64,000 bases of DNA from Octopus sinensis (taxonomy: Eukaryota). Below the pieces are notes generated by a model. That model saw nothing but the letters and a program-made list of their open reading frames with translations. It had not been told where the DNA came from and searched no databases. This document shows positions 24,620 through 38,447 of this stretch, in pieces. Made by a program: the position numbers and the translations under genes. The DNA is taken from NCBI RefSeq assembly GCF_006345805.1, contig NC_043003.1:45818001-45882000 (forward strand), written 5' to 3'. Every line of letters begins with the position of its first letter. The stretch's first letter is position 1.

Positions 24620-24900
24620 GGCGTGTATGTGCAGTATGAAGTTTGCTTCCTAACCACACGGTACCAGTTTCAGTCCCACTGCGGGACACCTTAGGCAAGT
24701 GTCTTCTATAGTCACGGGTCAACTAAAACATTTTGAGTGGATTTTGCTGACTTAACTTAAAGAAGCCTTCATATATAAGTGTGTGTGCGTGTGTGTGTGT
24801 GCGTGTTTTTACCCCCACCACAGCTTGAAAGCCTGTTTTTGGTGTGTCTACGTCCCCATAAATTAGGACTTCAGCATAAGAGATCAATAAGATGAGTACT
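24620..24900 (+). mobile_element. Family B SINE, truncated at its 3' end where it abuts the RTE fragment
   Basis: TTTGCTTCCTAACCACA..TTCAGTCCCACTGCGGGACACCTTAGGCAAGTG. Confidence 0.75.
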
Positions 24901-25490
24901 TTTCCCGGAGCCTTGTTACTTGCTAAGGAGTCAATAGCCTTGGTGAGCTCAGCTATAGATGGCAGACTGTCAAGATGAGATCTCCAGTAGTTGATTTCAG
25001 AGGGACTGACTTGGCTGCGGATGGACCGAGGGCCTTCTTCAAACCGGCATACATCTCACGCGTGTCGCCATTGTCAGCAGCTGACTGGATACTCTGACAG
25101 ATTTCCTGCCATTACCTATTTGCACAGCGTCTGGCAGTCAGTTGGGTTTTATTTCTTACCTTTCTGAGTTCTTCGAGTGACTTTGTAGAAGAATCACTCT
25201 TGTATTGCATCAGAGCTGCACGCTTTGCCTCGATAACTTTTTCCAGCTCTGAGAGCCCACCACTGAACCAATCTGGGTTTTGCCTTTCTCTCATGCCGAA
25301 AGTATCTATTGATGTGGTATACAAAGCTTCCCTGATATAATTCCACCTACTTTCAGCAGAGGAGGTTGGGCAGCTACTGAGGGCAACCTTGATAGAAACA
25401 GCAAAACATTTTCGCAGTGTAGGGTCCGAGGTTCCGGCAGTGTTAATGCGTGGTCGGCCCATTTTCTTGGAGTGATGGACTTTTTTTAGG
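24901..25490 (-). pseudogene. RTE (BovB-like) LINE ORF fragment, endonuclease-to-RT linker
   Basis: GRPRINT..WNYIREALYTTSIDTFGMRERQNPDWF..ARRCAN, then WQEICQSIQSAADNGDTREMYAGLKKALGP and ELTKAIDSLASNKAPG. Confidence 0.85.
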
Positions 25491-25659
25491 CAGAATCATG
25501 TGTGTGTTTGTGTATGTGTGTATGGGTGTATATATGTATGCATGTATATATGTGTATATATATATGTATGCATATTACATGTACATATATACATATATAT
25601 ATATATACATCTAGACATACGTGTATACATATACATCTATATATATATATATGTACATG

Positions 25660-25705
<46 letters not shown>

Positions 25706-25739
25706 ATATATATATACACATCCATATACATACAATAGA

Positions 25740-25994
25740 GAGATGCTTTTGTTTCACTTTTAACACGTAATACTGAAATAGTGGAGATGTGATATTGCTG
25801 TGGGCTCGCCCTAGGCAAGAAGTTAAACATGGACCCTAAGTAAGGCATGTGTAAAATTTGAATGAAATTGGATGTGTAGTTCTCAAGTTTTAGGGATTCA
25901 CACAGACAGTCAAACAGACAGACAGTCAAACAGACAGACAGTCAAACAGACAGACAGACACACACACACACATTCTCAGTTTTATATATATAGA
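25740..25994 (-). mobile_element. 5' part of a non-autonomous Helitron/Helentron-like element
   Basis: Reverse strand starts A|TCTATATATATAAAACTGAGAATG followed by (GT)/(GTCT)-type repeats including a 12-bp unit x3, the usual architecture of such elements. Confidence 0.6.
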
Positions 25995-26005
25995 TTTCTT
26001 TCTCT

Positions 26006-26038
<33 letters not shown>

Positions 26039-26217
26039 TTGACACTACTTGATGATTTCACGTTGTTAAATTACTAGTTAAATTACTAGCAACTATGTTT
26101 AATTCCAAGGCATTAAGAAAAGACGGTGAAACTTCACGGTATAGTTTTAGATGCTTTTGCAGAGGGGTTTTCAGGTTGCAATACACTTGTGTTCGTCTAA
26201 CATTGTTCCTCTGAAAG

Positions 26218-26525
26218 CGCGTGGCTTTAGTAGCTAGGATATTCGGCACACGATCGTAAAGTCGTGAGTTTGAAAACCGGCAGCGCGTTATCTCTCCGAG
26301 CGAGACACTTCATTTCACGTTCCTCCAATCCACTCAGCCGGCAAAAATGAGTAGAACCTGTAATTCAGATAGCCAACCTTGTCACATTCTGTATCAAGCT
26401 GAACCGCCCTTAGTTACACGTGTCGGTGGAGTGCTCAGCCACATGCGCGTTAATTTCCAAAGTAGGCTGTTCCGTTGATCGGATCAACTGGAACTCTCTT
26501 CGTCATAACCGACCAAGTGCCAGTT
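26218..26525 (+). mobile_element. tRNA-headed SINE (further family)
   Basis: GTGGCTTTAGTAGCTAGG..GTCGTGAGTTTGAAAACC..GAGCGAGACACTTCATTTCACG; shares the AGACACTT..TTTCAC motif with 31485-31813. Confidence 0.6.
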
Positions 26526-26658
26526 ACATTGTTTCTAATTTGAAGATTATTTGTAGTTAAATTGTGCTTATTGACTAGACCTAGTTCATTTTCGCAACCT
26601 TTAATATACTTGCTTTAATGGTTAGGAAGCTTTTCATAATGTGTAATATTTTCACAGT

Positions 26659-26686
26659 TCGCTCGGTGCTGCGAGCGATTTCTTGT
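26659..26686 (+). mobile_element. Possible orphan Helitron-like 3' terminus
   Basis: Perfect hairpin TCGCTCG-GTGCTG-CGAGCGA followed by TTTCTTGT; same CTTG|T variant as at 52355. Confidence 0.35.
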
Positions 26687-27719
26687 TTTTGTCATGGAAA
26701 CTAGTTATTACGGTTCACTATTTATGGAGCTGGGTTGTTTGTTTGTTTGGGTGTTAATAATCGTCAAATGTTTAGAGTGTATTATTACCTCTGCTACCAA
26801 TAAGTTCTTTGTTACACGTTACAAATACCGAGAATATGGGTGAATTCTATGATCCATTGGTGAGAACAAACAAATCCCAAACATATCCCAAAGATATCAC
26901 TTGGTTTTTCGGAAATGTATAAGTCATTGAGCTTATGTTTTCTTCACCAAATATATGTTGCTATTTCAAATTTTTCACTCTCATAACATTAAATATGTTA
27001 AAACTAAATTTGGATTAAGAAGTATGTTAAGTCGGTCTTCGGCATATTTTATGTATATTTTCCAGATTTTGATATCTCTAACATTTTAGTAGTACAACAT
27101 GTTGATGATACTTAACAAACCTAAATTCAAAATCGTATCAACTTAGGATTCAAAAGGACTTTTAGAGCTTTATGTAAATGATATAAGCCCCATTCGTTTT
27201 GATAAACCATGTCACTATATTCTGTATCGTGCTATTTTTGTGTGATATTGATCAATAAATATGCTAACCTAATGCTGATTTTGGAGTGGTATTTGTGTCT
27301 GTCATGTGGACAACCCAGATTATGTTTTCCTATTGACTTGTTTCACCTAAAAGCACCTACCCTGTTCTGCCAGGTTCTACAGCAATTATATACCCTTATA
27401 TAACAATTAGATACCCACGCACATTTCCAGTAAATTAGCAGAATTTTAAATTCCACCCTTGTAGGCCTTCTTGATTCCTGATACGATATAACTAGCAGCC
27501 AGTCATGTAAATATAAGTAAATAATTTTTGAATAGTTGACTATATAGAACGTGGTAGTAGAGAACTTATAAGCTGATCAAGGGGTATTTCACACAGTCTT
27601 ACTAGTGTCATATGAATTCAACGGCCTGATAAACGTTCATACTTATATAAATATGTATATGTTCATTTATCAAAACTTTACTGAGATATCTACCAAGTTT
27701 TCTAGCTTATCTTCTTATC

Positions 27720-27995
27720 TCTTCTGTTGCTGCTGTCCAAGCACTTGTTAAAAACAACATATTCTTGGTAACTATATCAGATAATGTTTGGATAGAAATT
27801 TAATTGAACCAAAATGTCCAGTGCAAATACAAAAACACTTAAGTTTCTTATTAGAAAAATGTTGTTCACAGATAATTGTGACCTCATGGCCCACCGGGAA
27901 AGCCACTTAAAAATAATTGTCAACACTATTCGGTCTAGCAATCAATTTTGGCAAGACAGAAATCTTAATGCAGCCGACTCCAAAGTGTCCTCCTC
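27720..27995 (+). pseudogene. RTE LINE reverse-transcriptase fragment
   Basis: KTLKFLIRKMLFTDNCDLMAHRESHLKIIVN resembles RTE ..IRELLFADDCAL.AHSE..LQ; ..KTEILMQP follows. Confidence 0.7.
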
Positions 27996-28197
27996 GAGGC
28001 TTTGCTTTATATTTCATTTATTCAAATATTATGCCTCCGTAAAGTATTTTGTTTTGTAACTTTTCTAACATTGAGATTTTGTTGTATGTAAGCATACATT
28101 ATTATTATCATTATTGTATACGTACATGCAGAAACATAGATATATATATAATTGTGTGTGTGTATGAACGTATGCATGATATAAGCAAGTATGAATA

Positions 28198-28253
<56 letters not shown>

Positions 28254-28957
28254 TATTCATACTTGCATATATATATATATATATATATATATGGGAAATC
28301 CCCAAAAAGAAGAACAAACACGAAAAAGAACTCGAGGATGTGGTACATGTAAAGCTTAGGAAAATATATACATACATGCATACATACATACATACATACA
28401 TACATACATACATACATACATACATACACACACACAACTGCAAAGCAAAGACGTCGTTTCAGCTAAACTGCTGGAATGCAGCTTTTATACAGCTATCACA
28501 TAAAGTCTCTTCTCAATTATGTGCAATGCAGAATCATGACACTTTGGTATTGTATATTGACATTCATCTCTTGAAAGAGCCAATAGAAAAACATCAGTTG
28601 TTATATGATTGATAGATATATTTTTTCCTTCAGTTGGTAGATATTATTATTAGTGGGTTTTGATTCGTGTCTCTTTGAGTGGCTAAAAATGACCAGCTTT
28701 AGAAAACACTGATTCAGTAACACGCTAAACATTTGAAAGGATTATTGGTATCTGCGTGGTATAGCTCCTTTGCATCACCTTTTAATTCTGCTTCTTTAAG
28801 ATGAATGCTGCTTCAAAGTACATCGACGCATTGACGGTGTCGACGATGAAGATTCATTTGTTCATACACCGAATTATCTATCCCTGAATTTAAAAAATAC
28901 GTAGTTGCATACTTGATAGACACATATGCCCTCAAAGTAATTCACAGTATTTATCAC

Positions 28958-29352
<395 letters not shown>

Positions 29353-29519
29353 TCTTAAATATAGATCTGTAGTTTCTGTTTATCTAATTTCACTCTCAAT
29401 CATGCGTCGAGTCGAGGGTAGAGAAAATATTTGCTCAAGATGCTGTATAGTAAGATCGAACACAGGACCTCACGGTTACAAAGCGAACGTCTTGGTCAGT
29501 TGGCCATACTGCACACGTA

Positions 29520-29598
<79 letters not shown>

Positions 29599-29687
29599 TT
29601 ATCTATCCACCTGTCTATCTATCTATCAATCTATCTATCTATGTCTCGATTTATCTATCTAAATACACACACACAAACATATATATA

Positions 29688-29728
<41 letters not shown>

Positions 29729-29739
29729 TATATATATAA

Positions 29740-29797
<58 letters not shown>

Positions 29798-30269
29798 CAT
29801 GAAGATGGAAAGCGAAAGAGATAAATAAAAATACAGATATATTCACATATACACATATACGCATACACACATTCACGCATACATACTTATAAATATACGT
29901 AAATATTTATATGTATGTCTACGTATAGGATTTTGTGTGTGTGAGTATGAGTATGATTTCTAATTTGTATTAGACATGCACCTTCTCTAAGTGGCTAAGA
30001 ATTTCAAACTGGATCCCTACACGTCATTAGCTTTAATCCACTGCAGGCGTTTAAGTCTATGTGCTGTAGTTGAACAAGATGTGAGACTAAGATATAATCG
30101 TGGACCAGGTGAGTACGATAATGAAAGTGAAACTATCAGTGCAAATATTTGAATACCAGTTCGACCAATTTGTTAAGGTGAGTGTTGGTAGAGGAGATTA
30201 TGTTTTCTATAGTATGAATAAATAGCCTAGATGATGTGATGTGAAAAATAAGATATATATTCGACGATA

Positions 30270-30870
30270 GCTAACTACTGTCCCAGCTTCCAGATCTGTT
30301 TATTGTTGTTGTTCTTTTTTCTGGCCCATTCATCTTCTTATTGAAGATGTTATTCATGAGGAAAACGATGTTGGTTATGATGATGATGGTGGTGTTGATG
30401 ATGATGATAATGATGATGATGATGATGATGGAGATGATGGTAGTGGTGGTGGTGGTGGTGGTGATGATGATGATGTTGAAGTTGAACACAATGATTGTGA
30501 GAATGAGGATGAGAAGAATGTGGAGAAATCGTGAGGAAGGAGTAGATTGTGGATTATGGCAACGATGCTGTTGGATGTTGATTTCGTCCTGCTGCTGCTG
30601 CTGCTGCTATAACTACTGCTGGTGCTGCTACTATTGCCGATGATGATGATGACGATGATGATGATGATAGCCATAGAACTAATAGCGAATGCTGTTATAA
30701 ACAGCGAAGTAGAGGCGCGGAAGAAAGAGAAGTCATTTGTGGACTATGGCAATGATGACGACAACAACAACGGCGACGATGATGACGATGTTCATGATGA
30801 TCATGATGATCTTGATGGTGATGCTGGGGATAGTGATATTAAGGCGGAGATGATGAATGCCGAAATATTA
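30270..30870. repeat. Compound (GAT)/(GGT)/(GCT) trinucleotide low-complexity tract
   Basis: Direct reading. Confidence 0.9.
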
Positions 30871-31119
30871 CGACTGTGATTATTGTAAATGAATTGTTGG
30901 TATTCTGATACTGATTTTATTGATGGTAGTATAGTTGTACTATTCTTGTTGTTGAGCCACACTGGTCCACCCATGACAGAACAGAAAAAACCTTTTGTTA
31001 TTCCATTTCAGAAGCCCCATGATCAAAAAGCGACAACGAATGTCCCGTATTTTATTCAGGCAAAGCGCTAGAGTATTATTTAATACATCCAGATATAATT
31101 AACATTGGAGGGCAATATA

Positions 31120-31340
31120 TATTGATTTCAAATTTTGGCACAAGGCCAGTAAGCTCGAGGGGGTGGGGGACTGAGTCGATTGTATCGACTCCAGTGCTAA
31201 ACTGGTACTTATTTAATCGACTCCGAATGGATGAAATGCAAAGTCGACCTCGGTGGAGTGTGAACTCAGAAATTAAAAATGGACGAAACGCCGCTAAACT
31301 TTTTGACCGGCGTGCCTACCATTCTACCAGCTCGCCATCA
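31120..31340 (-). mobile_element. Family A SINE, short-tail type
   Basis: Reverse complement of the family consensus, ending ..ATTCTACCAGCTCGCC. Confidence 0.8.
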
Positions 31341-31484
31341 TTGGAATACATAATATACTACGATTTTGGGGGGATCTCCATTGGTTCGGATTGGCCAATT
31401 TCCTGTATTTGCATAGGCCTAGTCATGGAGGCTACATTTGTTTAAAGTGTGTTAATGGACACTCGTTACTGATGACGCTCAGAG

Positions 31485-31813
31485 TAAATGAGTAAAGTCC
31501 CCCCTTTGGTTATGAATGACCATGGAATTGCACCTAGAATGTTACCCTCCGAGGCACAAGTCCGAGCAAGGTCGTTTTTATGGAAGACCAGCAGACGTCC
31601 ATGCATACCAGCCTCCCCTCTCCACACCACTGATGTTATCCAAGGGAAAGGCAATGGCCGATACAGCTTGGCACCAGTGACATCGCAACTCATTTCTACA
31701 GCTGGGTGAACTGGAGCAACACGAAATAAAGTGTCTTGCTCAAGAACACAACTCACAACCCGGTCCGGGAATCGAACTCAGTACCTCATGATTGTGAGCC
31801 CGATGCGCTAACC
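31485..31813 (-). mobile_element. tRNA-headed SINE with a 17-bp target-site duplication
   Basis: Head GGTTAGCGCATCGGGCTCACAATCATGAGGTACTGAGTTCGATTCCC. Flanks ACTGATGACGCTCAGAG (31468-31484) and ACTGATGACGCCCAGAG (31814-31830). Confidence 0.85.
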
Positions 31814-32269
31814 ACTGATGACGCCCAGAGAAGCAATAATCTAGATTTAGCCATTCCACCGCCGCTACTGTTGTATTTCTGTGCTTTCTAAAAATATGAG
31901 TTTAAACGAGATACTTTCTTGAGTCGAACTAATACTGCTTCCGTAGCTAATAACGTGATTTTTATTATTCGGAAACTAACAGTTGCCTATGCATTGTAAT
32001 GCCCCCCCCCCACTTTTCACCCACTGATGTTGTGTTGTGCAAGGGGGGAAAAAAAGCACCACCCTTAGGGCTCATACAATTTAGTTAGTAATCAGTATCT
32101 TCGTAAAATACTGGAACAGATACCAAAAGACATTGCATATGTGAGGCCATTAACGGTGGTGTTAATACGCCAACATGGATCGATGCCTTTAAGATATATT
32201 CGAGAAAGTGATGTGGTTACGATTTCTCGTAGATCTAACATACCACGTTGAAGCTCAATCATTTTCTTG

Positions 32270-32535
32270 GTTTGTTGTTGTTAATATGTTGTTGTTTTAA
32301 TGCCGGAAGTTGCAATGCTGATGTTGATTTCTGTAGTTGAAAATAGTAATGATAATGCCAACACAATAGTATTAGTGGTGGTAGTACTACTACAAGTAGT
32401 AGTAGTGGCAGCAGAGGCAGCAGCAGTAGTAGTAGTAAAGAGGGTAGTGGTGGTGGTGGTAGTAGTAGTAGTTGTAATGGCAGTAGTGGTGGTGGTGGTG
32501 GTAGTAGTAGTAGTAGTGGCGGTAGTGGTGGTGGC

Positions 32536-32569
<34 letters not shown>

Positions 32570-32677
32570 ATGGCGGTAGTGGTGATTGAAGCAATAGTAG
32601 TAATGGCTGTAGTGGTGGTGGTGCTGGTAGTAGTAGTAGTAGTAGTAGTAGTAGTACTAGCAGCAGCAGCAGGAGTT

Positions 32678-32713
<36 letters not shown>

Positions 32714-33296
32714 CTGTTTAGCCCCTGGTCAATCTTGATTGCGAAATCATACGCACATAGACGTTATTCCAGCTTTGACCATCTCGTCAAAAAAGTGGTG
32801 GTTAAGCTGATGTCCATAGTATTGAAGTGGTGTGAGTTGGTTTTGGTTTGTCCTTGGCATTGGTAGTGTTATGGTCAGCGTTGGTATCGGTGATTGTTGT
32901 AAGTGGTGATGATTGCCGTGTAGTTAATGTCGATGGACGTTTTCTTTCATCGGTGTTGCTACGTTTTGGGATGGTTGTGATGATGATGATGATTGTACCA
33001 GCTATGGTATTGTTGGTGGTGATAGTAATGTTGATGGCGAGCTGGCAGAATCGTTAGCATGTCGGGCGAAATGCTTAGCGGTATTTCGTCTGCCGTTACG
33101 TTCTGAGTTCAAATTCTGCCGAGGTCGACTTTACCTTTCATCCTTTCGGGGTCGATTAAATAAGTACCAGTTACGCACTGGGGTGGATATGATCGACTTA
33201 ATCCCTTTGTCTGTCCTTGTTTGTTCTCTCTGTGTTTAACCCCTTGTGGGCAGTAAAGAAATAGATAGTAATGTTGATGTTGTTGTTGTTGTGTTG

Positions 33297-33327
<31 letters not shown>

Positions 33328-34062
33328 GGTGGTGCGTGGGCATGAGTGGTACGGTGTTGTTCTTCGTGTTGCTGTTGTCGGTGCTTTTTACTTGTGGTGG
33401 TGGTGGCAGTGAAGTTGCTGAAGGTGAGAAAGTTGTTGGAATTGGTGATAGTTGCAGTGTTGTGTGCTTGCTTGTGGCGACGGCGGCGGCGGCAGCGGCA
33501 GTGGTGGCGGCGGCGGCAGCGGCAGTGGTGGCGGCGGCGGCAGCGGCAGTGGTGGCGGCAGCGGCAGTGGTGGCGGCAGCGGCAGTGGTGGCGGCCGCGG
33601 CGGTAATAGTGGTGGTAATAGCGGTGGCAGGCAGTGCTGTTGTTGTTTGTTCTGGTGGTGGTGGTGGTGGTGGTGATGGTGGTTTGCAGTGGTGTTGTTG
33701 TTGTTGTTCTTCTTCTTCTTCCTCTTCTTTTCCTTCTTCTTTCTTCTTCTTTTTCCTCTTCTTTCCCTTCTTCTTCTTTTTCCTCTTCTTTCCCTTCTTC
33801 TTCTTTTTCCTCTTCTTTTTCTTCTTTTTCTTCCTCCTCCTCCCCTTCTTTCTTCTTCTTCTTTTTCTCTTCTTCTTCTTCTTCCTCTTCTTTTCCTTCT
33901 TCTTCTTCTTCTTCTTCTTTTCTTCTTCTTCTTCTCTTCTTCTTCTTCTTCTTCTTCTCTTCTTCTTCTTCTCTTTCTTCTTCTTCTTTCTTCCTTCTTC
34001 TTCTCTTCTTCTTCTTCTTCTTCTTCTTCTTCTTCTTCTTTTCTTCTTCTTCTTCTTCTTCT

Positions 34063-34131
<69 letters not shown>

Positions 34132-34480
34132 TTCATTATTATTAATGTTGTTCACGTTGAACTTGCTTGTGCTGGCGGTGGTGGTGATGGAGGTGATGGA
34201 GGTAGTGGCGGTGGCAGTGTTGTTGTTGTTGTTGTTGTTGTTTGTTGATGGAGTTGCTGTTGTCGTTTGTCGGTGGGTGTTTTTGCTATTGTTGTTTTTT
34301 TTCTATGGTGGTTGTGGTGGTGGCGGCGGCGGCGGTGGTGGTAGGGGTTTCTATGTTGATGTTTGTAATGGTGGTGATCTTATTGGTGATGACTCGGACG
34401 TTCTGGCGATGGCGATAGCGATGGCGATGGCGATGGCCACGGCGATGTCTGTGGTAACGGTTTTGATGTTGTTGCTCTTA

Positions 34481-34514
<34 letters not shown>

Positions 34515-35900
34515 TATCATCATTGCTCTTGTTGTTATTGTAGGTGTCGCGGTGTTGATGCTGCTATTGTTAGTGTTGTCAGTAGTTGTGGTGGTGGTGG
34601 TGGTGACGGTAGTGGTGGTGGTGTTGTGACAAAGGACATGATGAGTATACCTTAATTGACCAGTTATAAATCAACAGAAATAAATGTGGTTCTGATCACG
34701 TCCCAGAGATACTAATCACGGCAGATATTGATTGAACACAAAACCGAGATAATAGCGGGTGTCTGGTGGTGGTAGTGCCACTCCTGGTTCTGATTAGAGG
34801 TTTGTAGTCATGGTAGTGGTAGTAGCTGTGGTGGTAGTGATGGTGATGGTGGCGGCTGTAGTTGTGGTACTGATGGTGACGATAAAGTGGTCGACGTGGT
34901 AGTGATGGTTTTGATGCTGTTGGTACTGCCCTGCTACTGGTTTTGAAGTTTGTTATTATTATTATTATTGTGTTGGTGGTGGTATTGGTGATGGTGCTGG
35001 GATGCTGCTGGTGATTGTTGTGGTGGTGGTCATCTTCGTGGTAGTGGTGACGGTGGTGGTGGTGTTGCCACTGTTGTTGTTGTCTGTTGTGGTGGTAGCG
35101 GTGGTGGTGCTGAGGATGCTGGTGGTGGTGGTCGTCGTCGTCGTGGTTGTGGTGATGGTGGTAGTGGTAGTAGCGGTGGTGCTGATGGCGGTGGTGGTGG
35201 TGTTGCCACCGTTGTTGCTGTCTGTGGTGGTGGTGGTGGTATTAGTGGTGGGGGTGATACTGCTGCTGCTGGTGATGGTGTGGTAGTGATGCTAGTGGTG
35301 GAGTTGTTGTTGTTGTTGGTGATGGTAGTTGTGCTGGTGGTAGTAGTAGTGGTGGTTTGAATGGCAGGTTGGGTAAAGGGTATTTAGAGGTTGTTATGGC
35401 ACTGGCTGAGGTGGTAGTGTTCGTGTTTGTGTAAGCTGTGTTATTCCTGGTGATGTTAGTAGTTGTAGCGGTGGTGGTGGTGGTGGTGGTGGTGGTGGTG
35501 GTGGTTATTGTGCGTGTTGTGGTAAAAGTATGATAATGGTAGTGATGGTAAAGCAGATGGGGTTAATGCTGCTTGTAGATATATGGTGATTATAATGGTA
35601 TTGCTGATGCTGTTGGTGGTGGTATTGGTAGTATTGTTGTTGGTGTTCTTGTGGTGGTGGTGTGGGTGATGGTGTCTTAGCAGTGGATGCGTTGGTAGCA
35701 GCGTTTGTGGTAGTGAATTTGTTTTGGAGGAGGAGGAGCTGAAGGGAAAAAGATGAAGAGGAGGTGGTGATAGTAGTTGGTGGTGGTGGTGGTAGTGGTG
35801 GTGGTGATGGTAGTGGTAGTGGTATTTGTGTTGTTGTTGCTGTTGGTGCTGTTGAGGAGGGGTCGTCTTCGTCGACGTCGTAGTTTATGTGGTGATGGTC
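32270..35900. repeat. About 3.6-kb mosaic of trinucleotide repeats (GTA, GGT, GTT, CTT, ATT, GAT) with a 12-18-bp GCGGCAGTGGTG minisatellite
   Basis: Direct reading. The 200-300-aa ORFs in several frames here are artefacts of triplet periodicity. Confidence 0.9.
33035..33265 (+). mobile_element. Family A SINE, long-tail type, solitary and well conserved
   Basis: GGCGAGCTGGCAGAATCGTTAGC..GTGGGCAGTAAAGAAATAG. Confidence 0.9.
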
Positions 35901-36571
35901 ATGGTGGGGGTGATCGTTGATTGGGTTTGAGTGTCGGTGGTTAGGTCGGTAACTGCGAGGGTGATGATTAGATCTCTAAATGTGGTCTGGGAGGTGAGGT
36001 CAGCGAGGTCGATGAGGCGGATATGGACGATGTGAATGATGCAAACAAAGATAGAGTGGTGGTGGTGATGGGGGTAGTGTGCGAATATTGATAAATGTGA
36101 GAGAGAGTGAGTGAGAGAAGGGAGAGACAGCAGCGGGAAGAGAGACAGAGAGAAAAGGGGTAGAAGGAGAGCAAACGCAGTAAGCGAAGATGGACAAAGA
36201 ATAAGAAGGGAGAGTAAGAAGAGTAAAGAGGTAGGAAGAAGAGCAAATCTGAATAAATATAAAATTTGTGGACGGGGAAATTTGTGGAGGTTCGCAGGTT
36301 CGGAGATAATAAGCGGTAGAGGACAAACAAATAAAAACGAGAAGGAGAGAGAGAGAAGGAGAGAGAAAGAGAAGGAGAGAGAGAGAAGGAGAGAGAGAGA
36401 AAGAGAAGGAGAGAGAGAGAAGGAGAGAGAGAGAGAGAAGGAGAGAGAGAAAGAATGATGAATATGCCTGTACATACATACATGCATTTACACACAGCCC
36501 ACGCCCCTATATATGTGTGTGTGTCAGTGTGTGTGACTGTATGTGTGTGTACACATACACACACACGCACG

Positions 36572-36606
<35 letters not shown>

Positions 36607-36829
36607 TACACACACATGTATATAATCTGTGTATGTATATATATATGTATACGCACATATGTTTATGTATGTGTATGTGTATATATGTATGTATGCATGT
36701 ATGTATGTATGCATGTACTTATATACTTATTACAGTCATAGAGGCCATACTGGGGCACTGCCTGAAAGGATTTAAGAGATCAAATAGATTCAAGTGTTTA
36801 TTTTGTAAAGCGTGGTACTTAACCTGCAG

Positions 36830-36919
<90 letters not shown>

Positions 36920-37029
36920 TTTTCTCAATTTTAAACAAACACTGGTTGTCAAGTTAGGAAAGATAAACACAAAATCAAGGAAGTGCATACAAAAACGTAT
37001 AAACCGCGTAGACACAGTGCAAATTTATA

Positions 37030-37200
37030 TGTGTATCTATAAAACACACATACTGACAAACGCACACACACACACACACATACACACAGACACACGGGCA
37101 TATACGACGGGCTTCCGAGCATTTTCTGCTTTTAGTCCGGGTCGAAATTAGAGGATATATTTGGCTTGGTGCCAAGCATGGAACTGAACCCAAAAGGTGG
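37030..37200 (-). mobile_element. Diverged family B SINE fragment
   Basis: ATACGACGGGCTTC..GGAACTGAACCC. Confidence 0.55.
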
Positions 37201-37266
37201 TATTTAAAACCTAAACTTCTTATATCCACAGACTGTAATGCACCTGTATGTATACTAAGATATATA

Positions 37267-37306
<40 letters not shown>

Positions 37307-37336
37307 TATATATTATTATATATATATATATATATG

Positions 37337-37388
<52 letters not shown>

Positions 37389-37765
37389 ATATATAATATA
37401 TATTATGTGTGTGTGTGTGTGTGTACGTGTGTACACATACATGCATATATGGGTACAGGACATAACAAACCTGGAACACAATGAGAAGCGAAAACATAAA
37501 ATACAAAAACATAGAGAACGAACTTTTTTTCGAACAACGAAAAAAAAACAAACAGAGAAACGAGACATGCAACATAAATATTCCCTTTCATCAGTTGCCC
37601 CTGTTTCATCTACTTCACTTTTTCGAAGGTAAGGACAACAAGCGACTTCATTGAAACAGTCCTTCCCGCAAAGCAAATTAAATAAAATTTGGGATTTTTT
37701 GCGGAAGGTGAAAGTGGTAACAAGAACAGAACATTGAGAGCAAGACAGTAAAAGCTGTTGCTCTC

Positions 37766-38447
37766 GGTACATATTTTTGGGACACGGCAATCCAACAGAT
37801 GTTCTGCGTGTTCACCATCTGATCCTGATAGAAATTATTCTCGTCTGAGAAAATCCAAACCATATTTTATTGGAGGGGTTGCTTGAGTTTGACCAAAAGC
37901 TTCGTAGCCCGGTCTTTCCTTTTGTACTTGATGGCTTGAGATAAGAATTGGCCCTTTATCATCTTGAATGAAGAATACTGAATGTCTTCATGCACTACCT
38001 GCCTGATAAGAAATTCAGCCACTCCCGTGTCCCTGGAAATGGACCTGATTGACCTGAAGGGATCGTTGTCAATCATGGCCCGGATGTTACCAACAAATTC
38101 AAGTGTTTTTTTCTTATCAGAACGACCTGAGTGAGTTTTCTGAGCTGCCATACCTTCGTAACCACCATTAGATTCATCCAACTCTTTCCGAATCCTCTGC
38201 ACTGTCCTCAGATTTACACTCAAACACTCTGAAATATTCGTATTGGAGTTTCCAGCGTAAATAACAAGCAGTGCAGTATGTCGTTTCTAAATTTCTGGCA
38301 GAGTGAATTGCGTCATGGTGCTGTTTTTCTCACAGACGGTGCCCAACTTCACCTACTATACTGTGTAGTTGCCAAAATCGAAAACACACAATGCACATGC
38401 ATGAAATTAAAAATATAAAAGTGTGACAATTTACCTATCGCAGCGTG
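37766..38447 (-). mobile_element. Tc1/mariner transposon, 5' half (probably maT/DD37D-like)
   Basis: HTH region VNLRTVQRIRKELDE..RSIRSI..FLIRQVVHEDI; catalytic start WIFSDENNFYQDQMVNTQN (frameshifted); terminus TA|CACGCTGCGATAGGTAAATTGTCAC at 38447. Confidence 0.85.

Noticed and set aside
37585-37610. CTGATGA on the minus strand of the 37440-37760 repeat
   Set aside because: No closing stem II-GAAA or NUH arrangement could be built.
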